A stretch of DNA of 64,000 bases from a virus. Each line of letters starts with the position of its first letter. Position 1 is the stretch's first letter. The notes under the pieces are model-generated. The model was not told the DNA's origin, ran no database searches, and saw nothing but the letters and a program-made list of their open reading frames with translations. Position numbers and translations under genes: made by a program. Location of the stretch: the IMG/VR virus record IMGVR_UViG_3300027545_000001, positions 501 to 64,500 of that record; one strand, written 5' to 3'. Below, piece after piece: positions 1-8,443 of the stretch.

Positions 1-31
1 GCAGTCCTGCATAAACAATCCCCAGTGTGCC

Positions 32-3000
32 ATGGCGATACTGCAACAGCAGATCAATATGAATGGGTGGTGCTCAAGCGCCATCACTTCACTTTGTACT
101 TTGGATGTGGCTCTCTCCATGAACATGGGTGGCAATACTGCGACCAAGATTCTGTCAAACGCTGTTACACTGCCATGCTGCACATCTGGTTCAGCGGCAG
201 TCGTAACTACCCCGGCCACGATCTCAGCGGGAACGACGGGCATTGACCCTTGGATATATGATAGCAGCCCAAAGATCACGTCCTACGATGCGTACAAGCA
301 GGGCGGATGCGCCACAGTTTCAGGAAACATCGTTACACGGGTGGGAACGTGTACGGGGTACAACAATGGAAGCGGCGTTAGTAATATCAGTGACTTCTTT
401 AGCTTCGACTGGCTCCAGAGTGGTCGCATCCGATTGTCTACCGTTTCGGTAGCAGATGCATGTCTGTCTACATCTAGCGGGACCAATGCAGAAGCCGTCA
501 TCACTGGCACTACGGGACAGAACTCTCTGACGCTAGCTACTTCTCCAGGCAACACTTACACCTTCTTCTGCGGACAGGGATACTCGATCATGATCCGCAG
601 ACACACGGCGGACGCGGGGTCCTCGGTCAACATTCAAGGCGTCACTGCGTCATATGTGTCTGGCTTGGATGCTGAGACCCCCAGTCAGGGACTTGAAACC
701 ACTTGCTCGCATACAATATTCAGCGGGGGGTATCTATGCATGACAGACGATGCTGGAGCAAGCGGGTGGTTGACTTGGTACAATCCCTCTAACGGAACCG
801 CCAGTATCATCGGGCAGATGCAGACCAATGCAAAGACATCCGGCTCAGATCAGTGGGCATCCCAGGTTTGCCCATACCTCCCCGACATTTACATGGTGGT
901 TGACGACACAGCATCCATCCCGACATGGTACTGCGTGGTACAGGATACGAACAGTAAATGGGTTGTTCTGGAAACAGACTTTGGGGGAACATACACTACA
1001 AATAACAATTTCTCGGCCAGCGCAAGTATTGGTTCTGGGGCAGCAACGGTCGGAACCTATACCCTAACGTATCCAGCAAACAGCGTAACCATATCAGACC
1101 TCACGCCAGGATCGCTTGGAATGGACATTCTTTCCTTAGCGAACGCCTATCTGGGGACCACTGCCGTTGTTCCCGCTGCTCAGCCGCTCATTGCCTGTGT
1201 TGGCGCACAGGTGCAGCAAGGCAACCTGCTCGTGAGATGCTATGCAGGCGTTGGCGCTCAGGATGGCCAGAACACAATGCAATGGCTGTTCGTTATCTCT
1301 CCGGGAGACCACAATCCAGCCCATGCTGGTACGACTGGGGCGCACATCATAGCGGCGCTCAATACATGGCAGTATGCCAATTCTCGATTTAGCGGAGTTC
1401 ACGGGACGGAGGACTATGGGCAAGCCTCTCCATATCTAGGATACGGAGTGGAGCCTATTGAACCGGGCGATCAGGTGATTGGTGATACAGCCATGTATGT
1501 GACCACTAATTCTGAGGTACCTGGGAACAGCGCAAGCGCAGCCCCTCAAGTAATAGCATGTCCAACTAACTCTTTAGGCGTAACAGCCCCTGATACATGC
1601 GTCCAGCTTCAGATCAATCCAGCTACAGGGTTCAGTGATTGCACCACGGGCGGATGTGAACCATACTACTGGACTAGCAAGGGGCTGCAAGGAACCGCCC
1701 CTGGAGTGCCTGCCGTATCACAAGTGGGAGACTTCGTCTGCATCAGCACCAACCAGACAGGATGCGGGTTCCGCAATGCTACCGCGCAAGTGCTCCAACT
1801 GATTCAAAAAGGGGTGGGAGGCGATCCATCCCAGTGGATATTCCGCCTGCAATACCCCAACAATGGCAATAACCCGCTGCTCAACACCACGCTCAAATAC
1901 ATATTCTTCCTGCCATCGAACTATGCGAGCACACATGCCGGACCAGAATGGCCGGGGCTAAGCTTCGTCGGAGGACTTTATTCCACCTTCACGAACAGCA
2001 CTTTGGGATGCTACACCCTGTGGCCGTATGCCACTGATCCGCTAGGGCAGAATACTATCATAGATCCTCAAGCTGGTTGCGTTGGTCACGGATATACTCG
2101 CACGTGGTCTGTTGTACAGGATAATAACGGTCCCGCTGCGGGCAGTCCGCAAACCTACTGGGCGCGCTACGGCAGCACCTTTGCCGCAGTCCTCGCCGCG
2201 CCAAATGCCCTAGTAACCGAGACCCCAGTATTTGATGGCTTGACCAATGGGCCAAGCGCAATGTCCGGCTGGTACCAATCCCACCCAGGCCCATCTGGAG
2301 AGAATGCTATATCCAGTGAGCAGCAAGCTTTCTTTGATGTGCGCCCACTAGTTGGCGCAGCCACGTCGGCACCCGCAATTGTGTATAGCAATGTGGGCGG
2401 CAATGTGTGGGTAGAAACGTTCTCTGGAGGCGACATCATCGATGCAGATGACTTTGGGAACGTTGGACTCGGGACTAACCTGAACAGGAAGATCTACGCC
2501 ACGAACGCGAGTTCCGGCCCCCATCCATTAGTTGACATCAGCGGGCCAAGCTCCAACATCTGCAATCCAACTTGCGCGACCACGACAGCCCCCATCTACA
2601 CTTATTGCATTCCACGTGTGATCGGAGAATGTAATTCTGGCAGTGCACTGGGCTCTATTTACGTGAACGTTCCAGGGATCGTTATCAAGTTCTGTTTCGG
2701 GGATGTGACTAGCGGATTGTCGCAAGATCCACAGGCCAATGATGTTTGTATCACCAACGCGGTCCCAGTCATGCAGGGCGTAGTACAGGCAAGCACGCAG
2801 CAGAACGATCCGAACGCGGCATATCAGCGCGTGCTAACCCACATGGTAGGCCCTCCCAAGCAGACGCAGGGGCAGGTTGGGCCTCACTTGATGCCAGATA
2901 ATTCATGGGTGTTCTTCCCCGCACCATATCTGGATGGCAATTCACGTTCCAACTATATCGCCAAGCTACCCCCATACCCATCGGTAGACAGCTTCGTCCG

Positions 3001-5626
3001 CAATGCCTTCATCCCTATTGCCGTTAACCTGACGGCTCCAACTGGCCTCAGCGTCACTAACGCAATCATCACCTTTGGCTATTTAGACTACAACGGAAAC
3101 TGCACCACAAGGAACGACCCATGTATAGCGAATGCAGCGACGATCCCGAGCGGGACAGCACCTTTCTTATATGCAAGCGAGTCGCCAACTGGTTTGGCTT
3201 GCACTACATCGTGCACGATCACGATACCAGCGATCAGCGAAAGGATGCTGTACTACACAGCGAGCTTCCGCAACGCATCGAACGTGGTGGTGGCGACGAA
3301 CCCGACAATCATTGAAGCAGTTGAACCAATGGCTCCGATTACGCTCTCGCCATCGACGCTGCCGAATGGCACCGTGGGGATTGCATACTCGCAGGCCATC
3401 ACACCCAGTGGCGGGACTGGCCCATATACCTGTGATGTAACAGTTGGATCTATACCAGCAGGCACAACACAGACTGGCACAGGTAACTGCACCATCTCTG
3501 GAATCCCCACCACTGCTACCAGTTATGGATTCACCATGACGGCTACTGACTCACTTGGTAATAGTGGTGGACTCAGTTACTCTGTAACTATTGCTCCACC
3601 CACGATTATCATTGCCCCTAATGTCATGCCTACAGGCATTCAAGGGACACTATATGCACAGAGTCTAGGTGCTAGCGGCGGAATCTTCCCATACACTTAC
3701 TCACTCACAGTTGGATCTTTACCACCAGGACTGTTCATTAACTTTCCAACCATAGGGGTTATTAGTGGGACGCCAACATCCACCGGGACAACTAACTTTA
3801 CAGTCACAGCCGTAGACTCTCACGGGAACACTGGCACCCAGGCATATTCGATTACTATTACTGCTCCTGCCGTTGCTCTCGGGACAGTTGTAATAGGATC
3901 TACTGCTACAGCGGGTATAACACAGAGTGGAGTAAATCAACCATCCACATGGACTCCACTACATCTCACACAGACTAATAACCTAGCACCCACATTCTCT
4001 CTGTTCCCCAGCATGACTGGAGTATGCAATGTAGCTAAGGCGACATCTCTTAACTGCGGAACTCTGGGGTGCTCAACTACTAGCACTCCAGGTTGTGTCC
4101 CAGCACAAGGCTATCAAGGTGGAGTATACGTCCCTGCTAACTCAACTTATCCCAATGGGGAGGCAATATTCAACCCCTGGCAGCAAGCACAATCTACTCC
4201 TATTGGACAGTGGATCGGCTATACAGGTGGGCCATCTGGCACATTCCACTGCTCTACATCTGCTGCATGTTCAGCTAACTGGGAAATCTTTGATTCCACA
4301 TCCCTAGTAGGCTCAGTTGTCACATGCACTGCTGCCCCATGCCCAACTACTGCAACTGCCGCTGGGTATGTAGGCAATGTGGTATTCCAGCCAGCATCAG
4401 CAGGCGGGCCGTGGTACTACTTCGCCCCAGACATCGCAGACATTGCTAGCCGCTCTGGCCTAGCTGTACTCAGATACAACGGGCAGGGTCTAACAAATCC
4501 GTCTAATTGGCAGGGCTTTCTTCTACCTTGTCAGTCAGCCACTCCCACAGGATGCACTGGATTCACAACCATAAATGCTAACGTCGGAGGAGCCACTACT
4601 AGCCCATCAAGCTCCGGGTATGGCTGGTGTGGTCTAGTTTATGACGGTCGATATGTATACTATGTACCAACACATGGCGGACCCTCCACTAATCGGAATG
4701 TAATCCGGTTTGATACTGGCACTTCTGGGACTAATACCTTTGTTATCACTAACTTCAGTCACGTCAATATCGGTGCATTCAACTCCAGCGCAGGAGGCTA
4801 TCTATCTGGTGGATATGATGGTGGCCAGTATGTTTACTTCTTGCCTACTGACACTGTGATGGCACGTTACAATTCCAATGCTGCCTCATGTGCTGGAGGG
4901 TTCACGAGTTCTAGTTGCTGGTCTTTCTTCAGCTTGGCTAACTTAGGCACAGGCGGTAATCCTCAAGTAACTGGCAATGGGAATCTCGCATCCATTCAGA
5001 ATAACGGGTACTATGTTGGCGCTCAAATGGTATGGGATGCGGCAGATGCTAATGAATACATGTATATGGACCCATTTCAGCTTCGTTCTACTCTAGATAT
5101 GCAGAGCAACGTTATTCGGATCAAAGTAGGCACTTGCTCAGGCGGGACTCCTGGACAACAGACCTGTACCGGAACCTTTACCCCAATTGATGTATTCTCC
5201 TCTGGCTCTACATGGGAGATCTTTGACCTAGCAAACTTAGCCTCTAACCAAGAGTGGGCGATTGCCGGGTTAGCTTCACCCCCCGTATACGGACGTGGCA
5301 GCACTTGGGGTAATAATGCACAAGGTAATCAGTTAGTTATTGGTGGATTCCAGTTAGGCTGGATTAATACATCCAATATAGCAGATCCCAAGATAGGAAT
5401 GGTTGCAGATAACGGAGCCATCTACTCTATTCACGATGTGGCACATACGCTGAGTGATCCAACTGGGTGGACTCTCACACCACGGCCATCTAGTCAAACC
5501 AGTGGCACGACTAATCAGGTTAACGGCTGTATGGGTGGCGCATATGACTATGTAGACCAGACACTTTATGTTGCGTGCCCAGCAGTGTCACCTATAGAGA
5601 GCATGTTCAGACTATCACCTATGTAA
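32..5626 (+). CDS. Very large Thr/Ser/Gly/Cys-rich fibre or surface protein with two He_PIG-like Ig domains (5'-truncated)
   Basis: 1864-aa ORF; the frame is open back to base 2 (QSCINNPQCA-M), so the true start is upstream. Two Ig-like repeats at about 3340-3870 (LPNGTVGIAYSQAITPSGGTGPY; MPTGIQGTLYAQSLGASGGIFPY); C-terminal YDGRYVYYVP-type repeats. Confidence 0.7.
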   Translation: MAILQQQINMNGWCSSAITSLCTLDVALSMNMGGNTATKILSNAVTLPCCTSGSAAVVTTPATISAGTTGIDPWIYDSSPKITSYDAYKQGGCATVSGNIVTRVGTCTGYNNGSGVSNISDFFSFDWLQSGRIRLSTVSVADACLSTSSGTNAEAVITGTTGQNSLTLATSPGNTYTFFCGQGYSIMIRRHTADAGSSVNIQGVTASYVSGLDAETPSQGLETTCSHTIFSGGYLCMTDDAGASGWLTWYNPSNGTASIIGQMQTNAKTSGSDQWASQVCPYLPDIYMVVDDTASIPTWYCVVQDTNSKWVVLETDFGGTYTTNNNFSASASIGSGAATVGTYTLTYPANSVTISDLTPGSLGMDILSLANAYLGTTAVVPAAQPLIACVGAQVQQGNLLVRCYAGVGAQDGQNTMQWLFVISPGDHNPAHAGTTGAHIIAALNTWQYANSRFSGVHGTEDYGQASPYLGYGVEPIEPGDQVIGDTAMYVTTNSEVPGNSASAAPQVIACPTNSLGVTAPDTCVQLQINPATGFSDCTTGGCEPYYWTSKGLQGTAPGVPAVSQVGDFVCISTNQTGCGFRNATAQVLQLIQKGVGGDPSQWIFRLQYPNNGNNPLLNTTLKYIFFLPSNYASTHAGPEWPGLSFVGGLYSTFTNSTLGCYTLWPYATDPLGQNTIIDPQAGCVGHGYTRTWSVVQDNNGPAAGSPQTYWARYGSTFAAVLAAPNALVTETPVFDGLTNGPSAMSGWYQSHPGPSGENAISSEQQAFFDVRPLVGAATSAPAIVYSNVGGNVWVETFSGGDIIDADDFGNVGLGTNLNRKIYATNASSGPHPLVDISGPSSNICNPTCATTTAPIYTYCIPRVIGECNSGSALGSIYVNVPGIVIKFCFGDVTSGLSQDPQANDVCITNAVPVMQGVVQASTQQNDPNAAYQRVLTHMVGPPKQTQGQVGPHLMPDNSWVFFPAPYLDGNSRSNYIAKLPPYPSVDSFVRNAFIPIAVNLTAPTGLSVTNAIITFGYLDYNGNCTTRNDPCIANAATIPSGTAPFLYASESPTGLACTTSCTITIPAISERMLYYTASFRNASNVVVATNPTIIEAVEPMAPITLSPSTLPNGTVGIAYSQAITPSGGTGPYTCDVTVGSIPAGTTQTGTGNCTISGIPTTATSYGFTMTATDSLGNSGGLSYSVTIAPPTIIIAPNVMPTGIQGTLYAQSLGASGGIFPYTYSLTVGSLPPGLFINFPTIGVISGTPTSTGTTNFTVTAVDSHGNTGTQAYSITITAPAVALGTVVIGSTATAGITQSGVNQPSTWTPLHLTQTNNLAPTFSLFPSMTGVCNVAKATSLNCGTLGCSTTSTPGCVPAQGYQGGVYVPANSTYPNGEAIFNPWQQAQSTPIGQWIGYTGGPSGTFHCSTSAACSANWEIFDSTSLVGSVVTCTAAPCPTTATAAGYVGNVVFQPASAGGPWYYFAPDIADIASRSGLAVLRYNGQGLTNPSNWQGFLLPCQSATPTGCTGFTTINANVGGATTSPSSSGYGWCGLVYDGRYVYYVPTHGGPSTNRNVIRFDTGTSGTNTFVITNFSHVNIGAFNSSAGGYLSGGYDGGQYVYFLPTDTVMARYNSNAASCAGGFTSSSCWSFFSLANLGTGGNPQVTGNGNLASIQNNGYYVGAQMVWDAADANEYMYMDPFQLRSTLDMQSNVIRIKVGTCSGGTPGQQTCTGTFTPIDVFSSGSTWEIFDLANLASNQEWAIAGLASPPVYGRGSTWGNNAQGNQLVIGGFQLGWINTSNIADPKIGMVADNGAIYSIHDVAHTLSDPTGWTLTPRPSSQTSGTTNQVNGCMGGAYDYVDQTLYVACPAVSPIESMFRLSPM

Positions 5627-5645
5627 AGTGTAATGATTACACTTT
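5625..5645. repeat. Dispersed palindrome copy 1 (AAAGTGTAAT-G-ATTACACTTT)
   Basis: Perfect 10-bp arms; overlaps the stop of the 1864-aa gene. Confidence 0.95.
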
Positions 5646-5680
5646 TATGTGCATAATGGAGTAGGGGAGGGATCACTCTA

Positions 5681-5860
5681 ATGACTGCAATAACAATCTT
5701 CGAGCTTATAGGAGCCATCTTAGCCGGATTAGCTCAAGATCTTCCGAGTCTATTGTCTATTCTCCAGGATCTTGCTACGGCTGTTAATGCTACTCCTGGA
5801 ACTCCTGAACATACTGCCGCTGTTCAGAGAATTAAGGCCGCGACAGCTAAGGCCAAATAA
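5681..5860 (+). CDS. 59-aa protein with hydrophobic N-terminus (MTAITIFELIGAILAGLAQ...)
   Basis: Hand-translated; GGGGAGG RBS at about 5664-5670; below the ORF-track size cutoff. Confidence 0.6.
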   Translation: MTAITIFELIGAILAGLAQDLPSLLSILQDLATAVNATPGTPEHTAAVQRIKAATAKAK

Positions 5861-5874
5861 TAACCCAGAACATT

Positions 5875-5904
5875 CCCAGCCCAGACTGCTATGTTTGGGC
5901 TGGG
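5875..5904. terminator. Hairpin between convergent genes, probable terminator
   Basis: CCCAGCCCAGAC-TGCTAT-GTTTGGGCTGGG, 12-bp stem with one wobble. Confidence 0.55.
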
Positions 5905-6594
5905 TTAGCCCACCTCAGATGTCACATCTAGAGTCATCATATCCAATTCACCTACAGCAGACGAGTGGCTAGCCCCTCCAAAGTTCTGTACTAGTACCAT
6001 TCCGCCACCCTTCTTAGTAAGTCCGCTCATCTCCAGCACTCTATCTCTGGCATGTGCATCTCCAGGCTTACGGATCTTACCACTGGTGCATACCGGGCAG
6101 TCTCGAATCCATAAGACTTCTTCGCCACTCTCCATTGATCTATAACCGGGGGTCTTATCTGGCAATCCAGCAGGGGCAGATACCCAAGTCATCCCATCAC
6201 ATCTGTCACATACAACATTTACAGTGCGGGCATCTTCCACCATATCTCTTGTGATATCAACACTTGCAGTCTGAGCCACAGCTAATGCAGCTTGCGTGCT
6301 CTCCTTCTGCCACCACTTATTAAACTCCATAAGATCTATATTGCAAGCCTTAGCTATTGACTGCATAGACACCTTCTTGTATCTAGGCATCATGACTCGC
6401 TCTAAGAACTCTTGGAATCTTGGGTCAGGTGAGCAGGCGAGAGCCTGTCTTACATTAGGATTCTCTCGGGGATTCAACTTAGTCAGGTAAGCCCCATACT
6501 CCTTATCCTTTATGCCGAAACTGGTACTTGGCACCAGCCCTCTTATCTCGTCTCTCTCCTTTATTAATGCTGCTACTCTCTTATTCATACCCAT
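5905..6594 (-). CDS. Hypothetical protein with CxxC...CxxC zinc finger; possible terminase small subunit
   Basis: ORF 5905..6633; likely start ATG 6594 or 6588; CDRC and CPVC pairs; helical region and C-terminal RDRVLEMSG...GGG loosely resemble TerS. Confidence 0.45.
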   Translation of the reverse strand: MGMNKRVAALIKERDEIRGLVPSTSFGIKDKEYGAYLTKLNPRENPNVRQALACSPDPRFQEFLERVMMPRYKKVSMQSIAKACNIDLMEFNKWWQKESTQAALAVAQTASVDITRDMVEDARTVNVVCDRCDGMTWVSAPAGLPDKTPGYRSMESGEEVLWIRDCPVCTSGKIRKPGDAHARDRVLEMSGLTKKGGGMVLVQNFGGASHSSAVGELDMMTLDVTSEVG

Positions 6595-6605
6595 AGTATA
6601 CTTGA

Positions 6606-6624
6606 AAGTGTAATGATTACACTT
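6606..6624. repeat. Dispersed palindrome copy 2
   Basis: AAGTGTAAT-G-ATTACACTT between divergent genes. Confidence 0.95.
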
Positions 6625-6633
6625 AATAGGCAT

Positions 6634-8415
6634 ATGAAGATAACACTGGCCTTATTAGTCTTTTGCACTTCTCTGTTATCTCAAAATCAGCCCCAACCTT
6701 CCCCACTTGTTTCTAAGAGCGCACTCACAGTCGGAACACTACCATCCCCAGCAGCAGCGGGGTGGGTAGTTAGAATTAAAGATGGCGTATCACTTAGTGA
6801 CTGCTCAACTGGAGGGGGGGGCAACTCTGTATGGTGCTGGTACAACGGGAGTGTATGGCAACCTATGGGGGCTGGTGGATTCTCCCCACCAGTTGGGCAG
6901 CAGACTCAGTACCTTCAGATCCAACCTAATACAGGAAATAACACCACTACCAGATTCACATCATTACCCTATCTAAGTTCATCTGATTACAACTTCCCAG
7001 CACAGACAGGTACGATCTCTTCCATATCTCCAGGCAATAATAACATTACTATGACTCCTGTTCCGCTGGGGGTTAATGGGTCAGATGGTCATCATAAGTT
7101 ATGGGTGTCGGGAGGAACTGGAACAGCAGAGGCTTGTACTATAGTCGGCGGGTCCGGCACATCAGGCCAAACATCAGGAGTCATTACACTTAGCTGCTCT
7201 AACTCACATAGCGGAGCGTTCACAGTAAGTAGCGGGACAGTTGGGATTGAAGAAGCTATTATTCAGGCTTCTAATATGAGCACGCCATATGTAGTCATTC
7301 CAGCAGGTGACTATACTCTGCACACAGGTGTATATATTCAGGCTGGGATGTCTGATGGAAGGCTCACTGGAATTGGTGTCTCTCTCGCAGTAGCATCTGG
7401 GTTCACAGGAGAGATAGTCACTGGTGATGCTAGCTTATTTGGATTCACTCTTGAAGGATTCGAGGTTAACTGTACGAACTGTACTGGGACAGGTAACATT
7501 ATAAATCTTAGCCGACCAGAGAACTCAGTACAGGATAAGGTCTCTAAGATACGTGTAGACTTCGCACCAGTAGGTAGCATTATCTTGAACATGGATGGCG
7601 ACGAAGACAGCACCGTAGAAGACACTGGACTATTCAATGCTGCTGGCTCACTCACTAGCTCATCCGCATCTATCTCGTGGCATGTTCCCGCAGGCAACAT
7701 ACATGTAACTAATGTCACCACCTTTGGCTATCTTCTATTTAGTTATCAGATAGCAACCATCGTGCAGACTACAAGCGGGCCACTTCTGTTAGATGGAGCC
7801 AACCTAACTACAGTGATTGATGGAGGTTACATGTATGGTGGCCTCCAACCTAATAACTCCAGTTACTTCTTCTATAACATTTCTATAACTGGCACAATCA
7901 TGGTGCTAGCCCAGAATCAGGTAGCTTTCGTTGGCACTTATGATGGGACAGTAACTTTCCAAGGACTTGCTTATGCCCAAGCTACTCCAGCTACACTTTT
8001 CGGCAGTACTACATTAGGGTCTGGGGCATTCTTTCTTTATGGCGGCCCACAACTCTATGCGAATGGAGCTACACAAGGAACTCCGAATGGCCCACAGATT
8101 GGAGGGTTCCAGCCAGGAGGCATTACTAGCATAGGCTATAACTTCATATCTACTGAGACCGGCGCTAATAATGCAGTTGTAGGTAGTACTCTACTTGTAA
8201 CTGCTCCTCTTCCTGGTATGTGCGTGACAATGATGTTGTCTCACAGCCTACAGACTGGGGGAGTTAATACAGCAGCAATTAATGGGTCATCTGCAATAGA
8301 GATCCGATCACACTACAATCCTGCTAACCTATTGTCTACTCATGCCTATATCTCTGGAGGCATCATCAATATGTGTCTCTATAGCGGCGGCTATTGGTTA
8401 GACATGAGTCAATAA
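6634..8415 (+). CDS. Tailspike/fibre-like beta-helix protein with signal-peptide-like leader
   Basis: MKITLALLVFCTSLLS-Q leader; IEEAI...YVVIPAGDYTL beta-helix cap motif; ORF-track start 6613 lies inside the palindrome. Confidence 0.65.
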   Translation: MKITLALLVFCTSLLSQNQPQPSPLVSKSALTVGTLPSPAAAGWVVRIKDGVSLSDCSTGGGGNSVWCWYNGSVWQPMGAGGFSPPVGQQTQYLQIQPNTGNNTTTRFTSLPYLSSSDYNFPAQTGTISSISPGNNNITMTPVPLGVNGSDGHHKLWVSGGTGTAEACTIVGGSGTSGQTSGVITLSCSNSHSGAFTVSSGTVGIEEAIIQASNMSTPYVVIPAGDYTLHTGVYIQAGMSDGRLTGIGVSLAVASGFTGEIVTGDASLFGFTLEGFEVNCTNCTGTGNIINLSRPENSVQDKVSKIRVDFAPVGSIILNMDGDEDSTVEDTGLFNAAGSLTSSSASISWHVPAGNIHVTNVTTFGYLLFSYQIATIVQTTSGPLLLDGANLTTVIDGGYMYGGLQPNNSSYFFYNISITGTIMVLAQNQVAFVGTYDGTVTFQGLAYAQATPATLFGSTTLGSGAFFLYGGPQLYANGATQGTPNGPQIGGFQPGGITSIGYNFISTETGANNAVVGSTLLVTAPLPGMCVTMMLSHSLQTGGVNTAAINGSSAIEIRSHYNPANLLSTHAYISGGIINMCLYSGGYWLDMSQ

Positions 8416-8416
8416 A

Positions 8417-8433
8417 AGTGTAATGATTACACT
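8417..8433. repeat. Dispersed palindrome copy 3
   Basis: AGTGTAAT-G-ATTACACT between stop 8415 and RBS GAGGA. Confidence 0.95.
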
Positions 8434-8443
8434 CAGAGGACAA

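Noticed and set aside
1-31. Direct circular join of base 64000 to base 1
   Set aside because: The join continues into the frame of a short unrelated ORF rather than the 1864-aa frame, so sequence is missing.
6613-8443. ORF-track starts MITL... at 6613, 8423 and 56180
   Set aside because: These ATGs come from the palindrome core; downstream ATGs have RBS or promoter support and expose signal peptides.
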